Positions 1-8,159 of a stretch of 64,000 bases of DNA are shown in pieces. Numbering within the stretch: position 1 is the stretch's first letter; every line of letters starts with the position of its first letter. The notes beneath the pieces were generated by a model. That model was not told the DNA's origin. It did no database searches and saw nothing but the letters and a program-made list of their open reading frames with translations. The DNA lies in NCBI GenBank assembly GCA_964291405.2, contig OZ219926.1:64001-128000 (forward strand), read 5' to 3'. The position numbers were made by a program, and so were the translations under genes. Origin of the DNA: Thermodesulfobacteriota bacterium. GTDB lineage: Bacteria; Desulfobacterota; Binatia; Bin18.

Positions 1-3000
1 AGTCGCGTGCTCTGTCTGTCCCTGGCTGCTCAAAAACAGCCGTGCGCGCTGATAATCGGCCGCGGCGATTCTCCCCTCGGCGTGTAGCAGCGTGCAGAGG
101 TCCATTGTTGAATGGATCAAATCGTCATACTCGCTCGTATCTGCTTGCTCTTCCATTAGTGACCCGGCTTTATGGATTGGTAGAACGCAAATGACCCGGC
201 CGTTGTCCTGTCTTGCCTCATGTAAGAGCGTAGCCAGTTCGAGTCCTACCTCGTCGGTAAGAGACTTGGGAAGCTCGGTCACGTTGTCAGCAGCTCGAAG
301 CCGTCCCTGATTTTGGAGGTCCCGAACCTGCTTGGCTGCGGCAATACGGGAAGGCTGATGAAAGCGAACCTGGTCTCTTTCGCGGAGTAGAAACTCCATG
401 ATGTCGGGAGAAAGTTTGACGTGATGAAACGCCTCGACGGCCGTTTCCAGTAGGCCGAGATGGGAAAGGATCAGGATTGAGGTCACGTCCAATCCGATTG
501 TCCAGTCCTGCTGCAATGCGACTGGATTCCGGCCGCCGGTGACAATCGGCAATATCCTTCGGCGGCGACCGTCCAATGCCGCAGTATTCTGATCGGGGAT
601 ATAGAGCAGGAGATGCGCGAACGATATATTCAATTCGCTTGCCGCCAAGCTCATAGGTATCTCACCACTGAGCCATTTCCGTTCAACCTCCTCCAAACGA
701 TCTCGGCGATTCGGCATCCATTCGGTGACGATCTCTTGTAAATTCATGGACCAAAGAGGGCCTTGGTCGGCGGAAGAAAGCTCGTAGGCGCGCTTGAGCC
801 AGTTCGGATCGGCCTCATCATCGCGCCCGAGTCGAAAGTGCAGCCAATGGGCAGCCATCAGGATTCGAGGGTCGTCCGGTGCTTTTTGTGCGGCCAATTT
901 GGCGAGTTGGAGCGCGCGGTCAGGTGTCAGACCCTGTTGGCCGGCGAGCTGAGCCAAAGTCATCAGTGCTTCAGGAGTAAGTGACTGCTGTCGAGGCCAC
1001 TCGCGCTCAATGATTGCCGCTATATGTTCCCAGTCGCCGGAAGCAATAGCGATATTGATGTCGAGTTGAAGATCATTCTGGTTTACCCGTTGGCTTAGGA
1101 ACCTGTCGTTGATCTCCTTTGATTCCTGAAGCCGACCTGCTTGAAACATCGCCCACGCTTGCATCTCCTTCAGTTCATCGCTCTGCGCAAGAATGTCGAG
1201 ATTCCCTCCTAAAAATTTGAGGACTGCGTCGTAGTCGAAGGAGGGGGGGGCGCTGAGGCACTTGGCGAGGTCTAGCGCATTCTCAACAGTCCGCTCACGG
1301 TCGAACAAGTCGTGGAGCAAAGGCTGAAGCGCTGCATGATCATTTACGGTCTTCAAATGAGCCACCAGGTTCTTTAGGTTGATAATATCTTTCGTCTGGT
1401 GATAAAGAAGTTCAAGTTGTTTACGAGGATCGTTCCCTTCATGGGCATCGATCATCACAGTCAAACGATTAGAGTGTACTTCGCCAAGGTCAGTTGCGTG
1501 TGCCGTTACTAGCACACGCGCCCTTTCAATCTGACCATCCTTTACCAGAGCCTCCACGTACATTGTGGCCACAAAGGCGGGAGGCATAACTTCACTCAGT
1601 CGTGTCTCATGTTGCTCCAGATAAGATACGAGATCATGGGGTTCCATGGATTGTTCAGCAAGCAGGCTCTCCGCTAGAATCTCATGGTCGTCGAGTCCGC
1701 CGAGCCGTTTTCTGTATTCCAGATATTGTTGTAGTGGCTCGACCTTGAAGGGAATTTTGAAGACATAAGCAAAAGGGATAAGCTTGACCGCCCGCGTACC
1801 TTCTTCTATGCCCTGACGTATCTCATCACGGACGACATCCGCGTTCGTAGGATTCGGGTCCATCAGCCGAAGCCAAAGACGCCAATCCGAAATGAATCCT
1901 ACCAAATCAGGGTCGGCGATATCCTTCATCCTCTGTTCGGCGAATTCTAGGCAGATAGCGGCGCGAGCATAATGTTTCTCAGCTTCCTCTCCCAAGGTCG
2001 GAGTGACGCCGGGATAAATAGGTACGGTCTCAAGTGCCCTCTCCCGATACTCGTCCGGTAACAACATGGCTGCGTTGATGATCCCTTCGATAAATGAGAG
2101 CGCAGGCATGTGCTTCCAATCGGGCTCGAAACTCTGGAGGCGCACCGCAGCTTCGTTCCAGCGTCCGACCTTGACCATGCAAAGAACCCAATTCCACCAG
2201 CCAATATCAGTGAAGAATTTGTCGTCGTCAGGTTCAGCTTGCTCGATGTACCAATCCAAGGCTGCACGCTCACCTTGTGAACGAATCAGAACGCCGAACA
2301 AACCGGTCCTAGAATCAGGGTCGTTACGATCCCTCAGCAGACGAAGCGCTTCATCGGGGTTGCCATCAGCCTCCGTGAGCAGAGCATCCAGAATAGAGAG
2401 GTCTCTGTCAGGATCAGTCTTCCGTAGCTCATCGCGAAGCTGTCGTGCGGAATCACGTGTTTCGGCATCACTGACGCATAATATTGCGGTCCGGTAGAGA
2501 ATCCTGTTTTTGGTAGAAGTGGATGCTGCGAGAAGATCGCCTTCATCGCCTACGCGCTGCCTCAGTTTTTGAATGTCCTGTCGTGCTCGGCGCTGATCAA
2601 ACATTCGGAGCATAAGAATTCGGGACAATTCTTCCTCTGCCTGATCGGTGTGAGCTTGTTGAATGATCGGGTCAGTTAGGGCCGAAACGTACCCGAACAT
2701 TTCCTGGAGCATACCGGCTAACGCTCGTTGGTCGGCAGGGATCGAAGCAATATATCCAGCCACAAGAATAGCAACCGTAATGTCTATCGATTCGTCTGCT
2801 AGATGACCGGCTTCACCCGTTCGACTTGAGTAGCTGTGGGCTAAGCGTGTGCGAATTTCCGTATCGCTGACGGCTCCGCCCATTATGAGCGCTTTTGCTA
2901 AGACTTTCAGATCGCCCGCAACGGGTGTGTCGGCAAGCCATTTCTGCAACACTGGATTGGTCAAAAAGTCCGGGGCAATGTACTGGTGGCCAATCCGATC

Positions 3001-3216
3001 TAGGATTCTTCTCCACCAGGAGTCCTCAATGTTTCCTCTCCGCAACCTGTCCAAGGTCTGGTCTAGATTGCTCTCCATCAGAGGCAAGTTGGTAGGTCCC
3101 CGCCCGGCCTTCCGCTCTGCATACAAGCGTGATGCATACTTAGCTGCATACTTGAAGGTAGCCTGAGCAACTGGTCGGAGAAGGGAAGCTAGAACTGATA
3201 GGGTTGGATCGGACAT
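1..3216 (-). CDS. Large TPR-like helical-repeat protein with PIN-like region (partial, runs off window start); putative defence/conflict protein
   Basis: Manual translation gives an open frame from ATG 3216 (or 3225; GAGGTG upstream) to position 1, >1070 aa. The ORF track omits it because no stop lies in the window. MSDPTLSVLASLLRP...; helical repeats (AWAMFQAGRLQES, DRALQLAKLAAQKAPDDPRILMAAH); then WTIGLDVTSILILSHLGLLETAVEAFHHVKLSPDIMEFL...FHQPSRI, resembling a PIN N-terminal strand with Asp. Confidence 0.8.
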   Translation of the reverse strand, partial: MSDPTLSVLASLLRPVAQATFKYAAKYASRLYAERKAGRGPTNLPLMESNLDQTLDRLRRGNIEDSWWRRILDRIGHQYIAPDFLTNPVLQKWLADTPVAGDLKVLAKALIMGGAVSDTEIRTRLAHSYSSRTGEAGHLADESIDITVAILVAGYIASIPADQRALAGMLQEMFGYVSALTDPIIQQAHTDQAEEELSRILMLRMFDQRRARQDIQKLRQRVGDEGDLLAASTSTKNRILYRTAILCVSDAETRDSARQLRDELRKTDPDRDLSILDALLTEADGNPDEALRLLRDRNDPDSRTGLFGVLIRSQGERAALDWYIEQAEPDDDKFFTDIGWWNWVLCMVKVGRWNEAAVRLQSFEPDWKHMPALSFIEGIINAAMLLPDEYRERALETVPIYPGVTPTLGEEAEKHYARAAICLEFAEQRMKDIADPDLVGFISDWRLWLRLMDPNPTNADVVRDEIRQGIEEGTRAVKLIPFAYVFKIPFKVEPLQQYLEYRKRLGGLDDHEILAESLLAEQSMEPHDLVSYLEQHETRLSEVMPPAFVATMYVEALVKDGQIERARVLVTAHATDLGEVHSNRLTVMIDAHEGNDPRKQLELLYHQTKDIINLKNLVAHLKTVNDHAALQPLLHDLFDRERTVENALDLAKCLSAPPSFDYDAVLKFLGGNLDILAQSDELKEMQAWAMFQAGRLQESKEINDRFLSQRVNQNDLQLDINIAIASGDWEHIAAIIEREWPRQQSLTPEALMTLAQLAGQQGLTPDRALQLAKLAAQKAPDDPRILMAAHWLHFRLGRDDEADPNWLKRAYELSSADQGPLWSMNLQEIVTEWMPNRRDRLEEVERKWLSGEIPMSLAASELNISFAHLLLYIPDQNTAALDGRRRRILPIVTGGRNPVALQQDWTIGLDVTSILILSHLGLLETAVEAFHHVKLSPDIMEFLLRERDQVRFHQPSRIAAAKQVRDLQNQGRLRAADNVTELPKSLTDEVGLELATLLHEARQDNGRVICVLPIHKAGSLMEEQADTSEYDDLIHSTMDLCTLLHAEGRIAAADYQRARLFLSSQGQTEHAT

Positions 3217-3362
3217 TTGCAGCATCTCACCTCGTACTACAGGCTTGAGTTTTTGTACCATGAACCGAAAAAGTAAGTATACATAATTGTAACCATAGTT
3301 ACCTCGCTCGTTTATAGTATTTTCACCGTCGGTCTGAGCGTTAAGCTGACCCTAGGCCAGGT

Positions 3363-3426
3363 ACTGTCCTAATTTGAGGTTTTTCCCTCAACAGAAACAG
3401 TGGCTTACAGTTCAAAATAGGACAGT
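3363..3426. repeat. MITE-like element with 15-bp imperfect terminal inverted repeats
   Basis: ACTGTCCTAATTTGA (3363-3377) vs TCAAAATAGGACAGT (3412-3426), 14/15 complementary; a similar end GGACTGTCCTAATT occurs at 22181. Confidence 0.5.
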
Positions 3427-3563
3427 CCCCAAGGCTGATGCTACTTTACTTTGAATCTGTTATATTCTACTAAAGACGAGCAACACCTCTGGCGGTGTTA
3501 CATGTGGATGGTGTGGAATGGATCCGTTGTGTGGTGGAGATGTGGTATGTGGAGGAGGAATCC

Positions 3564-4049
3564 ATGGGAGTGGTGCTGGAGGTCGAAGTCCCACAAAGAG
3601 CGTTTAATCGTCGTATCCAACCCTTTGCTATTGCCCTTGCCGAAGTCTCCTGGCGCGTGAAGATGTTCACGCACGAGGGAGTGGTTCTGGCAGCCCTGTA
3701 TCTTGAGGAGCCGGACCTCATCCTCGCCATGGTCCTGTGGCCGAATGTAGATTCTGCGCGGCGTTTGTTCAAAGGACATTTTGAAGTTTGTTTATGCTCG
3801 GCGGCAGACCCGGTGGGGCGGGTGCGTCTTGCCGTGCAGATTGACCCTGCCATGGTCGAGGAACTCTTTGTCGCCGCCGAGTTGATTAACCCCAAGCCGT
3901 CAAAGGCGGGTGCGAAGCGGGCGGAAAAATATTTTACCGAGTTCCTGGCGTTAGGCTTCCCGGACTCTCAAGTCGTCTGGGCGCGGTCGTGCCGATGGCA
4001 GGATACGCCCGAGTACCTGGAGGCGACGACGCCCATCCGGGTGGGCTGA
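3564..4049 (+). CDS. Hypothetical protein
   Basis: Within track ORF 3495..4049; ATG 3564 follows a strong GGAGGAGG RBS; no motif recognised. Confidence 0.55.
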   Translation: MGVVLEVEVPQRAFNRRIQPFAIALAEVSWRVKMFTHEGVVLAALYLEEPDLILAMVLWPNVDSARRLFKGHFEVCLCSAADPVGRVRLAVQIDPAMVEELFVAAELINPKPSKAGAKRAEKYFTEFLALGFPDSQVVWARSCRWQDTPEYLEATTPIRVG

Positions 4050-4054
4050 GAACT

Positions 4055-4134
4055 TGTCCTGAGCGTACTTCGACTTCGCCCCCTCTGGGGCTACGCTCAG
4101 CACGAGCGCAGGTGAAGGAGTGTAGTCGAAGGGC
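4055..4134. repeat. REP-like palindromic element (GTCCTGAGCGTA..GTCGAAGG / CTTCGACT..CGCTCAG type)
   Basis: GTCCTGAGCGTA, CTTCGACTTCGCCCCCTCTGGGGCTACGCTCAG and GTAGTCGAAGGG are mutually complementary; related half at 34815-34838. Confidence 0.55.
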
Positions 4135-4262
4135 AGGGCTCGCATTCGGACAAAAGACGTGGTATGCCGTGAACTCCGCTCATCTTCTTCCGGGTGACTG
4201 AAGTTCGGATGCCACTATACCGAAAGGCCGGCGATACGCCCGCCTTTCTACTGGGAAACCAC

Positions 4263-5333
4263 ATGCCTGAGAAAATTGAAAATTCCCATCTCACTGAGAT
4301 GACCCCCTTGGTCTCCCCTCGGACCGTCAAAGCCAAACTCCCGCTGACCGAAGGCGCGGCTGGCCTGATCATGCAAACCCGGCACGCGATCTGCGATATC
4401 CTCCACGGCCGGGACCGGCACCGCCTGCTCGTGGTTACCGGCCCGTGCTCCATTCATGATCCCCAAGCGGCCTATGAATACGCCGAGCGCCTTAAGCCGG
4501 TGATTGACGCAACACGTGATCATCTCGTTGTGGTCATGCGGACCTATTTTGAAAAGCCGCGCACAACCATAGGCTGGAAGGGACTGATTAACGATCCCCA
4601 TCTTGACGGGTCATGCGACATCCCGGCTGGTCTGGAACTGGCCCGTGAGATTTTACTCCATATCAACCATATGGGCGTGCCCTGCGCGAGTGAACTCTTA
4701 GACCCGGTGACACCGCAGTATGTCGCCGACCTGCTCAGTTGGGCAGCCATAGGCGCACGGACGACCCAGAGCCAGACGCATAGAGAGATGGCCAGTGGGC
4801 TCTCCATGCCGGTCGGGTTCAAGAATACGACCGGTGGGGAGGTTTCCGGGGCGATCAACGCCATGATTTCGGCTGGTCACCCGCATAGTTTCCTGGGCAT
4901 CAACGTCGATGGCATGACCTCGGTCATCAAGACCTTGGGGAATCCCGACCGTCATATTATTTTGCGGGGTGGGGGAGGGCGGCCCAATTACCGTCAGGAG
5001 GATATTGCGCAGGTGACGGACATGGTTGCCAAAGAAGGCATAGCGCGTCCCATTATGGTGGACTGCTCCCACGGCAATTCAAACAAGGACTATACCCGTC
5101 AGTCTGCGATCTGTCGGGACGTGTTGCGTCTGCGCCAAGAGCAAGAGTATGACGTTATGGGCATCCTCTTGGAGAGCAATTTGAAACCGGGGAATCAGTC
5201 TTGGAAAGAAGGCTCCCATCTCGAATATGGGGTGTCCATTACCGATGCCTGTATCGGTTGGGAAGAGTCGAGCGACTTACTGTATGAAATGGCTGAAGTG
5301 GTGCAGTCCAACCCGCTGGCTGTTCCCGCATAA
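4263..5333 (+). CDS. 3-deoxy-7-phosphoheptulonate (DAHP) synthase, class I-alpha (AroF/G/H type)
   Basis: GPCSIHD, RTYFEKPRTTIGWKGLINDPHLDGS, AIGARTTQSQTHRE, VDCSHGNS, YGVSITDACIGW; start set at MPEKIEN. Confidence 0.95.
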   Translation: MPEKIENSHLTEMTPLVSPRTVKAKLPLTEGAAGLIMQTRHAICDILHGRDRHRLLVVTGPCSIHDPQAAYEYAERLKPVIDATRDHLVVVMRTYFEKPRTTIGWKGLINDPHLDGSCDIPAGLELAREILLHINHMGVPCASELLDPVTPQYVADLLSWAAIGARTTQSQTHREMASGLSMPVGFKNTTGGEVSGAINAMISAGHPHSFLGINVDGMTSVIKTLGNPDRHIILRGGGGRPNYRQEDIAQVTDMVAKEGIARPIMVDCSHGNSNKDYTRQSAICRDVLRLRQEQEYDVMGILLESNLKPGNQSWKEGSHLEYGVSITDACIGWEESSDLLYEMAEVVQSNPLAVPA

Positions 5334-5676
5334 TAAGCGGCCAGGGCGGTTCGTCGGAAGACCAGTCTTCCGAGGCTTCTGTCTATACAGCCTGCTGGCG
5401 TGTATTGCCGTAGGGGCTGCCTCGTGTACCTATGCCGAGCGCAAGTGGAACCAGAAGGTTGCTGAGTTCAATAAAGGCATTGATCAGCAAATGGCACAAG
5501 CCGAAGGCAAGGCCGGTCGCTGCCAGGCCCGCGGCGGCGTCCTCTATAATGAGCAATGCTATATGCCCGATATGAACCCGGCCGTTCGGGACGAACAGAC
5601 GTGTCGTCTGCACGGCGGCCTGTTCATCAATGAGGAATGCCTGACTGACCAACGCCGGAACGTCTCATTTCAATAG
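5284..5676 (+). CDS. Small putative lipoprotein with two Cys-bounded repeats
   Basis: Hydrophobic stretch ending GAASC; repeats CQARGGVLYNEQC and CRLHGGLFINEEC; start uncertain. Confidence 0.55.
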   Translation: MKWLKWCSPTRWLFPHNKRPGRFVGRPVFRGFCLYSLLACIAVGAASCTYAERKWNQKVAEFNKGIDQQMAQAEGKAGRCQARGGVLYNEQCYMPDMNPAVRDEQTCRLHGGLFINEECLTDQRRNVSFQ

Positions 5677-5735
5677 CCGCCGGCAGCGGGTGACTGGGGG
5701 ACCGGCCAACCCATACCTCAAAAGAGGAGGAAGTC

Positions 5736-6215
5736 ATGGACGAACCTGGGGAGAAAGCAGAACTGGTTCGCGGAAGCTGTTTTTGTGGTGCTGTCCAGTT
5801 TGAGTTTACCCTGCCGACTCTCTTCTGCGGTCACTGTCACTGCTCGATGTGTCGGCGCATGCACGGGGCTGGCTATGTGACCTGGATAGGGGTGCCCACG
5901 CAACAACTCAGCCTGACTGCCGGGCAGGAGCAGTTGACCGTATTCGCCTCCTCGGAGCATGGTAAACGCTCGTTCTGCAATACCTGCGGCAGCTCGCTGT
6001 TCTGCCAGTCGAGCAAACATCCGGAGATCATGGATATTGTCCTGGCGAATCTGCACGATGTCATCGACCGCGAACCGCAAGCCCATTACTACTTCTCTGA
6101 TCGCGCGGACTGGACTGCCATAGGCGATGTCTTACCCCGCTTTGGCGGAGAAACCGGGACCGAACCCCTGGCAGCGGAGTCTGCCAGCCATATGACGACG
6201 GAGAAACACGCATGA
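5736..6215 (+). CDS. GFA/CENP-V family Zn-binding protein
   Basis: GSCFCGAV, HCHCSMCRR, RSFCNTCGSSL; GAGGAGG RBS. Confidence 0.9.
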   Translation: MDEPGEKAELVRGSCFCGAVQFEFTLPTLFCGHCHCSMCRRMHGAGYVTWIGVPTQQLSLTAGQEQLTVFASSEHGKRSFCNTCGSSLFCQSSKHPEIMDIVLANLHDVIDREPQAHYYFSDRADWTAIGDVLPRFGGETGTEPLAAESASHMTTEKHA

Positions 6216-7048
6216 GTTACGGGCAGATTTTATATAACGCCCAGGATGGTATTGCGACGATTACGCTGAATCGACCGGAGAAGCTCAACGCCTGGACGAA
6301 CGTGCTGGAGCAGGAAGTCCGCCATGCCATGACTGAGGCGACGGCGGATGCGGCCGTCCGTGTGATTATTCTCACCGGCGCCGGACGTGGGTTTTGTGCC
6401 GGAGCGGATATGTCTCTGCTGAACGCGGTCCAAGAGCGGTCCGAAACCGCATCCGCGACCGAAAGACCGGTGGCCTTTCCCGGACCGATCTCCGGCGGGC
6501 TCGATCTGCCCCAGGCGTTCTCCTATCGCTATGCGTATTTCCCCACCGTCCCGAAGCCCATCATCGCGGCCATCAACGGTCCGGTCGCCGGCTTGGGGCT
6601 GATCCTCTCCCTGTACGCCGACCTCCGCTTTGCGTCGGATACGGCCGTCTTCACCACGGCCTTCTCGCGGCGCGGGCTCATTGCCGAACACGGGGTTGAT
6701 TGGATTCTGCCGCGGGTGGTCGGTCTGCCGAACGCTCTGGATTTGATGCTCTCGGCCCGAAAAATAACCGCACAGGAAGCCCTTCAAATGGGTCTGGTGA
6801 ATCGTCTCTATCCGGCTGACTCTTTTATGTCGGAAGTCCGGGACTATGCGCTTGAGCTGGCAACGATGGTGTCGCCGCGTTCCATGCGGGTCATGAAATC
6901 TCAGCTCTTTCGGGCTCAGGATGTTGATTTCGCAACCTCGCTGCAGGCCGGTCTGACCGAGATGACCGAGAGTTTCGGCAGCGAAGACTTTAAGGAAGGG
7001 GTGGCCCATTTTGTGGAAAAGCGTCTGCCCGAGTTTTCCGGCAAATAG
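6212..7048 (+). CDS. Enoyl-CoA hydratase/isomerase family protein
   Basis: ITLNRPEKLNA, GRGFCAGADM, KPIIAAINGPVAG, EDFKEGV; ATGA overlap with the GFA gene. Confidence 0.92.
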   Translation: MSYGQILYNAQDGIATITLNRPEKLNAWTNVLEQEVRHAMTEATADAAVRVIILTGAGRGFCAGADMSLLNAVQERSETASATERPVAFPGPISGGLDLPQAFSYRYAYFPTVPKPIIAAINGPVAGLGLILSLYADLRFASDTAVFTTAFSRRGLIAEHGVDWILPRVVGLPNALDLMLSARKITAQEALQMGLVNRLYPADSFMSEVRDYALELATMVSPRSMRVMKSQLFRAQDVDFATSLQAGLTEMTESFGSEDFKEGVAHFVEKRLPEFSGK

Positions 7049-7081
7049 GGCGCTCACACATCAGAGTCCACGGAGGACAGG

Positions 7082-7942
7082 ATGCAAGTCGGGACGATCA
7101 AACAGATCTGGCGCTATCCGTTCAAGAGCATGCTGGGCGAACTGCTGGAGCAGACCGAGGTCAGCCCCCAGGGCGTGATCGGTGACCGGGGCTGGGCCGT
7201 GCGGGACGAGGTCCGGGGAGGGATTACGAGCGCCAAAAAAATCCCGACCCTGATGCACTGTCAGGCGCGCTATCCGGACAGCCCGACCAAGGAACAGATC
7301 GGCCCGGTTGAAATTACCGTTCCGGACGGCACGACCTTCTTGTCCAATGACCCGGACGCCGCAGCCCGACTCAGTCAGGCTCTGGACCGTCAGGTTTCCA
7401 TCTGGCCGATTCAGCCCGCCGAAAACCTGGAGCACTATCGACGCGGAAAGCCGACGCATAGCAATCCTGCCAAAGAGTTAAGAAGCCTCCTCGGTTTGGA
7501 GCCGGACGAACCCCTGCCGGATTTATCCATCTTCCCCAAAGAGATTCTGCAATACGCCTCGCCTCCGGGCACCTATTTCGATGCCTTCCCGCTACTGCTG
7601 GTGACCGAGGCCTCGTTGCAGCAACTGCGCTCCCTGAGTCCGGCTTCGCAGATCGACGCCCGGCGCTTTCGCCCGAATTTTTTGATTGAGACCGAGGATG
7701 CGGACGGTTTTGTTGAGACCTCGTGGCCGGGCAAACAGCTCCGCATCGGGAATATGACCCTCGACGTGACGATGAACTGCCTGCGCTGCGTTATGACCAC
7801 TCTCGGCTGCGCGAACCTGCCCAAAGACCCCAAGATCATGCGCACCCTGGTACGTGAGGCCAACCAGAATTTTGGGGTCTACGCCACTGTGAAAACCCCT
7901 GGGCAAGTGTCGGTTGGTGACCCGGTCGAGATTACAACCTAG
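7082..7942 (+). CDS. MOSC domain-containing protein (YcbX/mARC-like)
   Basis: IWRYPFKSMLGE, GDRGWAV, FDAFPLLL, DARRFRPN, CLRCVMTT. Confidence 0.9.
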   Translation: MQVGTIKQIWRYPFKSMLGELLEQTEVSPQGVIGDRGWAVRDEVRGGITSAKKIPTLMHCQARYPDSPTKEQIGPVEITVPDGTTFLSNDPDAAARLSQALDRQVSIWPIQPAENLEHYRRGKPTHSNPAKELRSLLGLEPDEPLPDLSIFPKEILQYASPPGTYFDAFPLLLVTEASLQQLRSLSPASQIDARRFRPNFLIETEDADGFVETSWPGKQLRIGNMTLDVTMNCLRCVMTTLGCANLPKDPKIMRTLVREANQNFGVYATVKTPGQVSVGDPVEITT

Positions 7943-8159
7943 CCTTCATCGCCGAAATACACCCTCCCGAGACGTATGATGCATAGTGTGGCGTGAGCCT
8001 CCCAGGGGCCGCTCGCCCTCCTGCTGCCTGGGAGCGCGGCCATCCTGGCCGCGTGCGGGCTGGCAGCCCGCCCTCCGCAAGGAGGCGCGATCCGGGTTCC
8101 ACCGCCGCGTGAAGGGCGCGAGCCGGCCTCACCCTTTGACGGAGACGTGCACAGGCCTC

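Noticed and set aside
92-3166. Short track ORFs over the first 3.2 kb
   Set aside because: Shadows of the single long minus-strand frame.
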